Part shown: piece after piece, positions 1-9,720 of the stretch
How positions within the stretch are numbered: position 1 is the first letter of the stretch
Layout: each line of letters starts with the position of its first letter
From: Candidatus Methanomethylicia archaeon
GTDB lineage: Archaea > Thermoproteota > Methanomethylicia > Culexarchaeales > Culexarchaeaceae
Reading direction: 5' to 3'
Assembly (NCBI GenBank): GCA_038727515.1
Contig: JAVYVS010000001.1
Location: 448,001 to 512,000, forward strand
Length of the DNA: 64,000 nt
The notes under the pieces: generated by a model
Told to the model about the DNA's origin: nothing
Database searches by the model: none
What the model saw: the letters and a program-made list of their open reading frames with translations, nothing else
Position numbers and translations under genes: made by a program

Positions 1-351
1 ATCTTCAGAAATCAATTTATTAGCTATTGGATGATAAAGACTAGCCCAAAGAGAATTTAAAGCTAGAAATAATGCAAAAAGATAAACATTTAAATTAAAT
101 AGTAGAGGTATCATGAAAACCCCAGAAAGAAATAAACTAAGGAAAATTATCTGCCCACTTTTAAACTTCATGGATAGAGGTCCAGCAAATATAGATCCAA
201 AACCATAAAGGAAATAGGATAAAGAAATCACATAACCCATATCATAAATCTCAATTCCAAGTGATTTAGAAATATCATTAAGTAGTACAGGTATAGCTAA
301 TAGAAAGCTATGATTAAGTGCATGAGCTAAACCAAGTAATATAATCTTCAT
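1..351 (-). CDS. MFS transporter, N-terminal part (runs off the left edge)
   Basis: Manual translation from ATG at 351 (alternative 360): MKIILLGLAHALNHSFLLAIPVLL...YGFGSIFAGPLS...WASLYHPIANKLISED. Hydrophobic helices with FSR-like MFS motifs (H-x-x-N-H, S-x-YHP). Confidence 0.8.
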   Translation of the reverse strand, partial: MKIILLGLAHALNHSFLLAIPVLLNDISKSLGIEIYDMGYVISLSYFLYGFGSIFAGPLSMKFKSGQIIFLSLFLSGVFMIPLLFNLNVYLFALFLALNSLWASLYHPIANKLISED

Positions 352-427
352 CCAAATCATATACATCGCTTAAACAATGATGATTAGATACTAAATATAA
401 AGATTTAAATTTATCTAAAATTGGAAA

Positions 428-1378
428 TTATATTCCGATTTTACCAATAAATTTCATAACATCCAATAACTCTTTACTTAAACTCTCATCCCTCTCAGAT
501 TTACCAAAAACATTTAAAGAATATGTTTGAACTTTATATGCACTCTTCATAAATAATGGAATAGCACCAGCGAAGGATGGAATTAAACCACCAATAAACC
601 CTAATATGGGCATTGAGAAAATTAAACCAGAAATTAACCCTATAAAACCGCCAGCAAATATTAATCCAATACCAAGGAAAAATGAGAACGTCCTATGGAA
701 AGTTGAAACAATATATTGCCCATATAGAACTTCACCATTAACTGCATCAACAAATCCATTAAAGGAGTAATCCCTATAGCTATATTTAAATTCCCATATT
801 GGATAGTGTACAAGTCCATCACATCTACTATCAATCTTAGCTTCAATACTTCTACCAGAAAGATCAAGCTCCCTAGAAAATCTAAGATAAAGTTTTGATT
901 TAGCAATATTTTCAAGTTCATCCCTAGAGATTGTTGGCGAATAAAATACAGCATCTCTAATTATTTGAGGTTTAAAGTAAACTTTACCTCTAACTGGAAA
1001 CATATATTCTTGTGGTATTGGTATTGGAGAAATCTTAAATGCAGGTAGAGCTAGATAATCAACTTCTAAAACATCTATTCCACTACCATGAGCTTTACCT
1101 TCAACATAAAATACATATAAAGGAATATAATGTAAAACTCTATTAACCAAATTCAATTGTAAACTAAAATCCTTAGGAACACCAAACTGTCTAGATAAAA
1201 TATATTTTAATCGTTCATAAGCTCTTTGAGCATCATAAATTGCTGGATAAAAATAGTGTTCAACATCAAGCCTTCCAATACCAATATTCACTGTAAAACC
1301 ACAATATGGACATGTAACTATAGTTACACCTTCAGGAACATTAAAATTTCCCCCACAATTATTACACGTGTAATTCAA
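428..1378 (-). CDS. Zinc-ribbon membrane protein (YdjG-like), paralog of the adjacent gene
   Basis: N-terminal CNNCG...CPYCG, HYIPLY and HYPIW motifs, two C-terminal TM helices; overlaps the upstream gene by 4 nt. Confidence 0.65.
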   Translation of the reverse strand: MNYTCNNCGGNFNVPEGVTIVTCPYCGFTVNIGIGRLDVEHYFYPAIYDAQRAYERLKYILSRQFGVPKDFSLQLNLVNRVLHYIPLYVFYVEGKAHGSGIDVLEVDYLALPAFKISPIPIPQEYMFPVRGKVYFKPQIIRDAVFYSPTISRDELENIAKSKLYLRFSRELDLSGRSIEAKIDSRCDGLVHYPIWEFKYSYRDYSFNGFVDAVNGEVLYGQYIVSTFHRTFSFFLGIGLIFAGGFIGLISGLIFSMPILGFIGGLIPSFAGAIPLFMKSAYKVQTYSLNVFGKSERDESLSKELLDVMKFIGKIGI

Positions 1379-2367
1379 AGTTTAACCCCCTCAATTCTAA
1401 CATCACTAACAAGTTTTTTACCAAAAAACCAACTAACAATGCATCCAGCAATTAACCCAAGAATGCTAAAAATGGGATCTACACCCCAACTGAATAATGA
1501 AGTAAATCCAAAAGCAGAAATTAAACATCCAGATAATACTCCAGCGAAATATTGTAGTCTATGATATATCATAACAGGTTCTTGAGCTAAAAGCATATGT
1601 TTATCCCAACCAGCATAAGCAACTCTATATATTGAATCACCATAACTATAAATAACATACCAATATGGTAAAAGTATTATTGGTGATTTCTCAAGTATTT
1701 TAGTGCTACAAACAAATTTTGTTAATTCATCAACTTTAGAAGAAATTTTACTACGCATAATATCTCCAGCATCATCTCTAGCAATCATAGAAGCTTCATC
1801 TACACCAATTTCAGAACGTAGAAAAGTCATCTTAAGATCTCTAAAATTCTTAAAATCACTAATGGGCACAGCCTTAGGATTACTATACTTGTAATGTGAA
1901 GCTAATTCATTTAATGAAAAATCTTCTGCACTACGTCTACCTAAAATTGGAACTTTCAAAATTGATGAGAATCTTTCAGAAACCTTTCTCCTCCTAGTTC
2001 TAGTTTGAACACTTCTACCACGGGATTCCACAACCCTCTCAGTTTTCCAACCTTCATAAAATCCTTCAACTTTAATGGAGAAGAAATAAAATGGAATATA
2101 AAAGCCAGCTACCTCTACAATTTGAATTTTATTTGCAATTCGTTTTAAATCAAAATCTTCAGAAACTCTAGTTAGGAAACTCTTTAAAATCTCATCTCTA
2201 CTTACTGATGGAACAATCATTATCTCTTCACTAGATTCTACAAACCAATTTGGAGTGCCACAATAACTACATATAGCTACTAAAGTTTCAGGTGTAACAT
2301 CTAGTTTTCCACCACAATTCTTACATTTAAATTCTATAGCAATATTAGATGACATAATATTTCCCAA
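1375..2367 (-). CDS. Zinc-ribbon membrane protein (YdjG-like)
   Basis: CKNCG...CSYCG, FYIPFY and LLPYW motifs, two C-terminal TM helices; true start probably ATG at 2355. Confidence 0.65.
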   Translation of the reverse strand: MGNIMSSNIAIEFKCKNCGGKLDVTPETLVAICSYCGTPNWFVESSEEIMIVPSVSRDEILKSFLTRVSEDFDLKRIANKIQIVEVAGFYIPFYFFSIKVEGFYEGWKTERVVESRGRSVQTRTRRRKVSERFSSILKVPILGRRSAEDFSLNELASHYKYSNPKAVPISDFKNFRDLKMTFLRSEIGVDEASMIARDDAGDIMRSKISSKVDELTKFVCSTKILEKSPIILLPYWYVIYSYGDSIYRVAYAGWDKHMLLAQEPVMIYHRLQYFAGVLSGCLISAFGFTSLFSWGVDPIFSILGLIAGCIVSWFFGKKLVSDVRIEGVKL

Positions 2368-2374
2368 GCTTTAT

Positions 2375-3403
2375 CTACTTTAATTCTTCACCACATATTG
2401 TACAAAACTTTGCATCTTCAGTGGATATATGAGATTTTGAACACCATTTAACCTTTCTACCACAATATGGACAGAAATTAGCTCCCAATGGAACTTGCTT
2501 ACCACAATATGGACATACTGCAAATGCTGCTGGAGCAATAGGTGCAGTTGTAGGTGTTGGTTGTGCTGTAGGAACTTGAACTGGCGGTGGAGGCTGCATT
2601 AATGGTGGAATAATAACCATTCCAGTTCCAATACCAGCACCAGGACTTTTACCAATTTCCTTAGCAACCTCCTTTACAGTTTCCATTTGTAAAACATAGC
2701 CTGTTTGAACTCCACCACGCATCATCCAGAATAATCTATCACGCCAAGGACCTTCAGTATCAATACCCTCAAAAACAATGCTTTCAAGGGAAACACCAAT
2801 TTCTTTAAAATCTCTACGTAGAATCATGGTTGCACGTTCAGTAACTTCTGTTTGCTTCATATAAACATCTTGAATACTTGTGGAGCTTAGAAAAGCCATT
2901 ATTTTACTATTAAAGTATCCCCTCAAATAATCATTTAATTCATCAGTTGTAAAAACAGATTGTGGACCAACAACCTTATTTACAAATAAACTTGGATCTT
3001 CAATTCTAAAATAGAAGCTTCCATGGAAGAGTAATGGTGCAAGTTCAATAGTTTGAGTTCTACCACCAAATTTACCTTGAAAACGTCTTAATGAAATATA
3101 TATTATCATGCATCTGAATATGTTTTCACCATATAATCCCTCTACTAATCCACCAAGGAATGGGACATTCTGAGTATCCAATACATGTCTACCAGCACCC
3201 AAAACACCATAAAGCTTTCCATCACGATAGAATAATGCATTCTCAAATTCTTTAACAACCACTACACTACCCCAAGGTATAACTTCATCAGGATACTTCC
3301 AAACTATCTCAGTATCACCTGGATTAACCCATTCAATCAACTTAGGCTTCAAACCAGAAGCTCTAGCAATCTTACCAACACCCTTACCGAAAATATTCGC
3401 CAT
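2375..3403 (-). CDS. SPFH/band-7 domain protein with C-terminal double zinc ribbon (YdjI-like)
   Basis: IVWKYP...VVVKEFENALFYRDGK...GAGRHVLDTQNVP SPFH N-terminus, Pro-rich linker, CPYCG/CPYCG/CSKSH/CTICG; GGAGGTG RBS. Confidence 0.88.
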   Translation of the reverse strand: MANIFGKGVGKIARASGLKPKLIEWVNPGDTEIVWKYPDEVIPWGSVVVVKEFENALFYRDGKLYGVLGAGRHVLDTQNVPFLGGLVEGLYGENIFRCMIIYISLRRFQGKFGGRTQTIELAPLLFHGSFYFRIEDPSLFVNKVVGPQSVFTTDELNDYLRGYFNSKIMAFLSSTSIQDVYMKQTEVTERATMILRRDFKEIGVSLESIVFEGIDTEGPWRDRLFWMMRGGVQTGYVLQMETVKEVAKEIGKSPGAGIGTGMVIIPPLMQPPPPVQVPTAQPTPTTAPIAPAAFAVCPYCGKQVPLGANFCPYCGRKVKWCSKSHISTEDAKFCTICGEELK

Positions 3404-3414
3404 TAAAACACCTC

Positions 3415-3921
3415 CTACATACCCCTCAAAATTTTAAACCTCTTATCTAAAACATCATTAACCTTAGCTATATTATCGTTTATCTTACTAATCAATTCAG
3501 ATTTAATAGTTGAAGTAGAAGCTGAATCTCTAATACTCTTAGATAAATCCAGTATATCATTAACTATAGATACAAGTTCTTCATCACAACTCTTCATCCT
3601 CTCTAAATCGGGAATATCAACTTTAACAATATTATAATGTGGAGCATAACCAGATTCTGCAAACTTTAATTTATCACAAATCAACCTAACATTGGAAGCC
3701 AAAACATTAATTTTCCTCGCTAAGGTAAAATCAAATTCACTTATAATAGATGCAGCATCCTCCAAATAATTTTTAGCATCAGTAAGAAGCTTAACTAAAT
3801 AATTTCTTAGAAGTCTATCATCTTCACGTATAAGCTCCCTCTTCTTATAACCACTAAAGCCAGGAACATAAAGCTCCAATTTCTCAAGCCAAGTAAACTT
3901 CTTAGACAAAATGTACACCAA
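3415..3921 (-). CDS. Conserved alpha-helical hypothetical protein, first gene of the SPFH operon
   Basis: PGFSGYKKRELIREDDRLLR motif with helical character; likely start TTG at 3909 after GGTG. Confidence 0.7.
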   Translation of the reverse strand: MVYILSKKFTWLEKLELYVPGFSGYKKRELIREDDRLLRNYLVKLLTDAKNYLEDAASIISEFDFTLARKINVLASNVRLICDKLKFAESGYAPHYNIVKVDIPDLERMKSCDEELVSIVNDILDLSKSIRDSASTSTIKSELISKINDNIAKVNDVLDKRFKILRGM

Positions 3922-4000
3922 AAATAAAATATGTTGTATAAATAAAAATGTTTCATAAATTTGATAAAATCACAGTAATCTCATCTACAATCAAAATAAT

Positions 4001-4843
4001 TTAATCATACTTAAATAATGTCCCTAATAGAAAGAGTAATCCAATTATAGAAATAATTACATTAACATGATTATCCAAAATGCTTTTAATCAAACGATTC
4101 TGAACATAAATATCCATTATTGGATAATGCAGTGCATAATGATAACACTCTATCCTCAGAGAATTATAATCGATAGTCAAATCCCAAAAGGATATTTCTT
4201 CAGATTCAACATAATATTCATTAACAATAGTTGAAACATCATATCTAATCCCCCCTTTACAGATCAAAGTGTAGGGGGGTGTAATATTCATTTTATTTTC
4301 GATCTGCATCAAATCAAAACTTAAATATCTAAATTCTAAATTATCACCGGATGTACTAAGTTCAAGCCTATATACTTCTGCTTCCATGCCATCTTTTATC
4401 AAAATAATTTTAAACATGTATGAAAGTGATTCAATATTGATTTCAGATAACTTAACTAAACCTATAGAGTCAGGGTTAATGCTGAAAAGATAACTCACAT
4501 GTATATACAACTTAACACTGCTCCTATTTAGATGATGAAGTAGAAGGACTGCTGATGGATTACCATAAACTACATTTGAAAAATTTTTAGAAGAATCAAT
4601 ATAACAAGAAATATATGCTCCTCTATCAATATATGGACTAAGACTAACACAAGACGTACGAAATGAGTAAAAATTTTCCTCTATAATTTTGCCATTAATT
4701 TCAAGTTCAGGGCGTACCTGTAAACTAAATTTTATGTTATAAGGAAAAAATGATGATGGTATTAAGTAGAAGAAAAGACCACCAAATATCAATGAAAAAC
4801 TTAATATAAACTTACAATTCCTCTTTTTAACTTTAGAATTCAT
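4001..4843 (-). CDS. Hypothetical membrane-anchored protein
   Basis: 280-aa ORF with N- and C-terminal hydrophobic helices; no family recognised. Confidence 0.6.
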   Translation of the reverse strand: MNSKVKKRNCKFILSFSLIFGGLFFYLIPSSFFPYNIKFSLQVRPELEINGKIIEENFYSFRTSCVSLSPYIDRGAYISCYIDSSKNFSNVVYGNPSAVLLLHHLNRSSVKLYIHVSYLFSINPDSIGLVKLSEINIESLSYMFKIILIKDGMEAEVYRLELSTSGDNLEFRYLSFDLMQIENKMNITPPYTLICKGGIRYDVSTIVNEYYVESEEISFWDLTIDYNSLRIECYHYALHYPIMDIYVQNRLIKSILDNHVNVIISIIGLLFLLGTLFKYD

Positions 4844-4883
4844 ACTAAAAAGTAAGAAATAGATAAATAATAAACTTTCTCAA

Positions 4884-5114
4884 TTAACCTCCACCTATGA
4901 TTGGCATTAATGCTACAGTATCATCATCATCTACTATGGAATCCAAACTTCCAGCAACATTATTAATCAATATTATTATTTTATTCTGAATATCAGAGGG
5001 TATATTAATGATGTCTTTAAGCTTCTTTGGAGAATCTAATTTGAATTCGATTACACCACCACTTATATATTTCGTTAAAAATCCAATTGCAATCAATTTT
5101 ATCATATTCTTCAC
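4884..5114 (-). CDS. MoaD/ThiS family ubiquitin-like sulfur carrier
   Basis: 76 aa ending VALMPIIGGG; overlaps the aor stop codon. Confidence 0.88.
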   Translation of the reverse strand: MKNMIKLIAIGFLTKYISGGVIEFKLDSPKKLKDIINIPSDIQNKIIILINNVAGSLDSIVDDDDTVALMPIIGGG

Positions 5115-6943
5115 TCTGAAAGTTTTACAATTCCTTCCAACGTTTTTATAGTGAAGTCTAATTTAAGTTCTTTCAAAGTAGACTTCTTTGGTATCCCATT
5201 TAGATCCCAGCCACGTTTAGCATAATAAAGATCAAGCATGGAATTCCATTTATCCCAATCCAATTTACTTCCAGCTAGCGGACCCTTAGTTAATGGTTCT
5301 TTAAACCATCTTTTTGGTGGAGTATCCATTTTCCTACTCCAATTTAAACCATACTCTCTAATCCAGAAAGCTCTAATTAAAGTGTAAATTCTATCAGCAA
5401 CTGTGAATATATCATTTAGAGTCATGGAAACTCCGGTGGCAGCTTCAAGAAACTTTGGGTACCAATTAACATCTAATCCAAGTTCAATCCATGGAAATCT
5501 ACACGTCACAAGACTTTCAAACATTCCACCTCTAATCCTCTGTAATTCAATGAGTTTATCCACTTTACCCTCACTATAATCAAACCTACCAGTTTTAACT
5601 TCCCATGAAATAATCCAAGCATCTTTATGATGAGCACCAATAGGTGAAGTTCCATAGGCAAGAGCCATACCAGGAGCTGCATGACAATCATATGCAGAAA
5701 CCTCTAAACCTTTAATATGCATAGCCCAATCTTCAGATTCAAAGCCAATCTTCATAGACATTCTATAAACACCTTCAGCAATGAAATCTCCTAAACCACG
5801 TCTATAAGCAGTATCAGTAATCAAAGATTTTGAAATATCAAAATCACCCCATTCAACCTTCTCCTTTATAAGCTTCTTTTCAGAAGCTTCCATAATAAAG
5901 CCTAGAGCATTACCCATAGATATAGTGTCCAATCCAAGTTCATCACACATCCTATTTAATACTCCAACCTTCTGTATATCCCCTAAACCAATATTAGAAC
6001 TAAGCATTGTAACATTCTCATAATCTAATTCTGATAATTTACCTTCGTAATCTCCAATAACATTTCCACAAGTCATAACGCAATTTGGACAACCACGCCT
6101 AAGCTTCTTAAATTTCTCCATAGCATATCCATCAACACTCTTAGCATAATCAAAAACTCCCTCCCTAAAGTTATATGTAGGTAGAGTACTATTCATTTGA
6201 CACCATTCAACAGTAGCCATAGTCCCCTGCCTAATCCAAAAATCATAACCTTCAGATTTAATTAGGAAATTGGAAGCTTCTCTACCAAGTTCATTCAACT
6301 TCTTTTCATCATGAACAGGTATATTACCAGTACCCTTTAAAACCACAGCTTTAAGTTTCTTTGAACCCATAACTGCACCCATACCAGGCCTACCACCAGA
6401 CCTACCCTCTTGAGAAACTACAGTTGCAAATTTAACCAAATTTTCCCCTGCAGGTCCAATACTTAAAATTCCACATTCATCACCATGAATAGACTTCAAC
6501 TTTTCTTCAACATCAAAAGTTTTTAAACCCCATAGATCCGTAGCATCATTAAATTCTACACGTCCATCCTCAATGTATAGATATACAGGTTTATCGGCTA
6601 AACCCTCAATTACAATAGCATCAATACCACAACGTCTAAGGTGTATAGCAGCTTTAGAGCCGAGATTTCCATCACCATAACCTCCAGTCAATGGACTTTT
6701 AGCTGCAACAACAAGTTTCCCAGTACTAACGACAGTAAGACCAGTTAATGGTCCTGCAGCAAAAATCAATTTATTCATTGGTGATAAAGGATCTAAACCT
6801 ACTGGGAGTTCATCCCAAAGAATTTTTATTGCAAATCCACGTCCACCAAGGAAATTTAATGCTAGATCTACATCATAACTCTCCGTAACAGCTTTACGTT
6901 TACTTAAATCAATTCTAAGAATTCGACCATTCCAACCCTTCAA
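5111..6943 (-). CDS. aor: Tungsten-dependent aldehyde:ferredoxin oxidoreductase family protein
   Basis: GWNGRILRIDLS, LGGRG, KSPLTGG, GPAGENLV, GAVMGSKKLKA, CPNCVMTC, CDELGLDTIS. Start re-called at TTG 6943 after GGTGA (track start 7024 is too long). Confidence 0.93.
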   Translation of the reverse strand: MKGWNGRILRIDLSKRKAVTESYDVDLALNFLGGRGFAIKILWDELPVGLDPLSPMNKLIFAAGPLTGLTVVSTGKLVVAAKSPLTGGYGDGNLGSKAAIHLRRCGIDAIVIEGLADKPVYLYIEDGRVEFNDATDLWGLKTFDVEEKLKSIHGDECGILSIGPAGENLVKFATVVSQEGRSGGRPGMGAVMGSKKLKAVVLKGTGNIPVHDEKKLNELGREASNFLIKSEGYDFWIRQGTMATVEWCQMNSTLPTYNFREGVFDYAKSVDGYAMEKFKKLRRGCPNCVMTCGNVIGDYEGKLSELDYENVTMLSSNIGLGDIQKVGVLNRMCDELGLDTISMGNALGFIMEASEKKLIKEKVEWGDFDISKSLITDTAYRRGLGDFIAEGVYRMSMKIGFESEDWAMHIKGLEVSAYDCHAAPGMALAYGTSPIGAHHKDAWIISWEVKTGRFDYSEGKVDKLIELQRIRGGMFESLVTCRFPWIELGLDVNWYPKFLEAATGVSMTLNDIFTVADRIYTLIRAFWIREYGLNWSRKMDTPPKRWFKEPLTKGPLAGSKLDWDKWNSMLDLYYAKRGWDLNGIPKKSTLKELKLDFTIKTLEGIVKLSE

Positions 6944-7042
6944 AGGATTCACCAAAATATAATATCGAAATATATTTAAAGAGATTACGCATCTTAAACA
7001 ACCTATATAAACGATATAATGCATAGATAAATTATGATCTTA

Positions 7043-8338
7043 ATGAGCAATAATAAGATTTTAAGGATAGCGGCAACTGGAGATTCATTCATAGCCACAA
7101 GACTCTCATCATATGCAAATCCAAGATTCCTAAAACTAGTGGAAATAATAAGGTCTGCAGATGTTAGATTTACTAATTGTGAAGTATTGATAAATGATTT
7201 TAAGGGATATCCAGCAGTACAAAGTGGGGGAACTTATGCTGGAAATGAAAGTTATATTGCAGATGAATTAAAATGGATGGGCTTTAACATGGTTAGTAGA
7301 GCAAATAATCATGCCATGGATTATAGAGAAATTGGACTTATAGAGACATCTAAAAATCTTGATAGGGTAGGCATAGTCCATGCAGGTGTAGGTATGAATT
7401 TAGGGGAGGCTAGAGAACCAAAATACCTTGAAACACCTAGTGGTAGAGTGGCATTAATCTCGACTGCATCATCATTCCCCATGGAGGCGAGGGCAGGAGA
7501 GGCGAGACCCGATATTCAAGGTAGACCTGGATTAAATCCACTAAGATATACTGTAACCATAGAAGTGCCAGAAGATGCCTTTAAAAATCTAATAAACATA
7601 GCGAAAGTAATGGGATTGGAGGTAAAAGAAGATTCTGAAGAAATAAGGATCTTAGGGCAGAAATTTAAGAAATCCACAAAATACGAAGTGAAATATGAAA
7701 TAAACAAATTAGATTTAGAGGGAAATTTAAAGGCAATAAGAGATGCTAGGAGAATGGCTGATTACGTGATATTCTCAATGCATAGTCATGAAAGGGGTAG
7801 AACACTAGAAGAACCGGCACCATTCATAGAAGAATTCGCTAGAAAATGTATAGATGAAGGTGTAGATGTTTTCATTGGACATGGACCACATATATTGAGG
7901 GGTATAGAGATATACAAGGGTAAACCCATATTCTATAGCTTAGGAAACTTCATATTCCAAAACGATCTAATAAGAAAGCAGCCAGCAGATCTATATGAGA
8001 GATATGAGTTAAAGTGGGATGCAACACCAGCAGATCTATATGATGCAAGAGAAAGAGGTACTCCAGAGTCAATGGTTATGGGATTTAAATGGTTTACAGA
8101 TAAACAAGAATATTGGGAAAGTATATTGGCATACATAACTATAGAAGACACTAGATTAAGAGAGATAAAGATATATCCAGTAGACCTATGTCAATCTATG
8201 AATAGAGCTAATAGAGGTAAACCAATACTAGCTACTGGAGAAAAGGCAAAGAAGATATTAACTGACATGGAAAAGCTCTCGCAAAAATATGGAACAAAGA
8301 TAAAGATTATTGATGAAGTAGGCTATGTAGAACTATGA
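7043..8338 (+). CDS. CapA/PGA_cap family metallophosphatase-fold protein
   Basis: ATGD, ANNHAMDY, SMHSHE, GHGPH, FYSLGNF motifs; no signal peptide. Confidence 0.9.
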   Translation: MSNNKILRIAATGDSFIATRLSSYANPRFLKLVEIIRSADVRFTNCEVLINDFKGYPAVQSGGTYAGNESYIADELKWMGFNMVSRANNHAMDYREIGLIETSKNLDRVGIVHAGVGMNLGEAREPKYLETPSGRVALISTASSFPMEARAGEARPDIQGRPGLNPLRYTVTIEVPEDAFKNLINIAKVMGLEVKEDSEEIRILGQKFKKSTKYEVKYEINKLDLEGNLKAIRDARRMADYVIFSMHSHERGRTLEEPAPFIEEFARKCIDEGVDVFIGHGPHILRGIEIYKGKPIFYSLGNFIFQNDLIRKQPADLYERYELKWDATPADLYDARERGTPESMVMGFKWFTDKQEYWESILAYITIEDTRLREIKIYPVDLCQSMNRANRGKPILATGEKAKKILTDMEKLSQKYGTKIKIIDEVGYVEL

Positions 8339-9676
8339 AATTCGCTCTTTAAATTCCATAATCAATTTCTCCACATTATTTCTCCAATATAAAAATTCAC
8401 TGGGATTATTTGGATATGATTTATAGAGGTTTTTAATCTTATTCATATAATCAACGACAATCTTCAATCTATATAATAGAGATGGTCTAGAAATCATTCT
8501 TAAAGCTCTACCAACCTTATCTAATACACTCAAATTCAATTCACCAGTTCTACCAATAACATCAACGTCAACACCAGAAATAACATTATGTTTAAATGAG
8601 AAATTGAGATCCTCATCCGAAAGTTTTTGCAAGAACATTCTAAAAATGTCTAAGGAAGCTTGTTTTAAACCGTAATCAAAAATATATTTAGAACAAAAAC
8701 TCCATAAAGCTTCCATAGAAGGATTACCTAAAGCTAAAGCATCTAAAACAACTTCAGCAGCATACTTAGCACTTATAAGTGAAGGCCCTATACCACCACC
8801 ATGAATAGGATTACATGCAGCAAGAGCATCTCCAATAGCTATAACACCATTACCCACGGGGCAATATATAGGTCTCCTAGTTGGAACGATACCTCCACCG
8901 GAATCAAGAATTCTAGAACCTTTAAATTCAGGTTTAGAAGCTATGAACTTATAGTAATTTACCCTTGGATTAAGATTTCTATCAATTGGTTGTACACCTA
9001 AACCAACATTTACAATATTCCTCTTCTTTGGGAAAGCCCACCAATATCCTCCTGGAGCAATCCTCTTAGATAGATATATATTTGCATATTTCGTATCAAG
9101 ATCAACATTAACCTCAAGGATTTCACGATAACAAATATTTATATCTTCATTTTTAATGGGTTCATTAATCCACCAATCCATGGGAAGCCTAGACCTAACA
9201 ATAGATGAAAAACCAGATGCATCTATAACCACACTAGAACTCATTGAAACCTTTTCTCCATTATGATTAATCCCTTCAACTCCAATAACAAAATTATCTT
9301 TAACAATTGGATTAGAAACATGGAAAGAATGATATAATTCAACACCAGAATCTAAAGCCATCTTCAAAAGCCTTCTACCAAAAATCTTACGATTAACACC
9401 AAAACCTTCGCCGGGAACAATCAATGAAAATTCTTCATTGGGAGAGAAGATTCTAACACCATTAAAAACACAATCTAATTCTTCACCACTAGGATAACTT
9501 AAACCTAAATGATCAAAATGATGTTTACCAATAGCATCACCACAAACTTTATAACCAATATCATTAAATCCCTTTCTCTCAAGTAATGCCACCTTCAAAC
9601 CCTTCTTAGCCAATAAATGAGAAACATAGCAACCAGCAGTACCAGCTCCTACAACAATAACATCATATTTAAACAT
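8333..9676 (-). CDS. Digeranylgeranylglycerophospholipid reductase (geranylgeranyl reductase family)
   Basis: YDVIVVGAGTAG FAD-binding motif, KVCGDA, PGGYWWAFPK, VPTRRP, NPIHGGGIG, as in the Sulfolobus GGR. Confidence 0.9.
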   Translation of the reverse strand: MFKYDVIVVGAGTAGCYVSHLLAKKGLKVALLERKGFNDIGYKVCGDAIGKHHFDHLGLSYPSGEELDCVFNGVRIFSPNEEFSLIVPGEGFGVNRKIFGRRLLKMALDSGVELYHSFHVSNPIVKDNFVIGVEGINHNGEKVSMSSSVVIDASGFSSIVRSRLPMDWWINEPIKNEDINICYREILEVNVDLDTKYANIYLSKRIAPGGYWWAFPKKRNIVNVGLGVQPIDRNLNPRVNYYKFIASKPEFKGSRILDSGGGIVPTRRPIYCPVGNGVIAIGDALAACNPIHGGGIGPSLISAKYAAEVVLDALALGNPSMEALWSFCSKYIFDYGLKQASLDIFRMFLQKLSDEDLNFSFKHNVISGVDVDVIGRTGELNLSVLDKVGRALRMISRPSLLYRLKIVVDYMNKIKNLYKSYPNNPSEFLYWRNNVEKLIMEFKERIS

Positions 9677-9720
9677 AGACAACACCAAATAACCCTAAAT
9701 ACAAATTCATAATTCAATTT

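Noticed and set aside
4884-6943. MoaD-like gene coupled to aor as a novel system
   Set aside because: This is a common, well-known association with tungstopterin enzymes.
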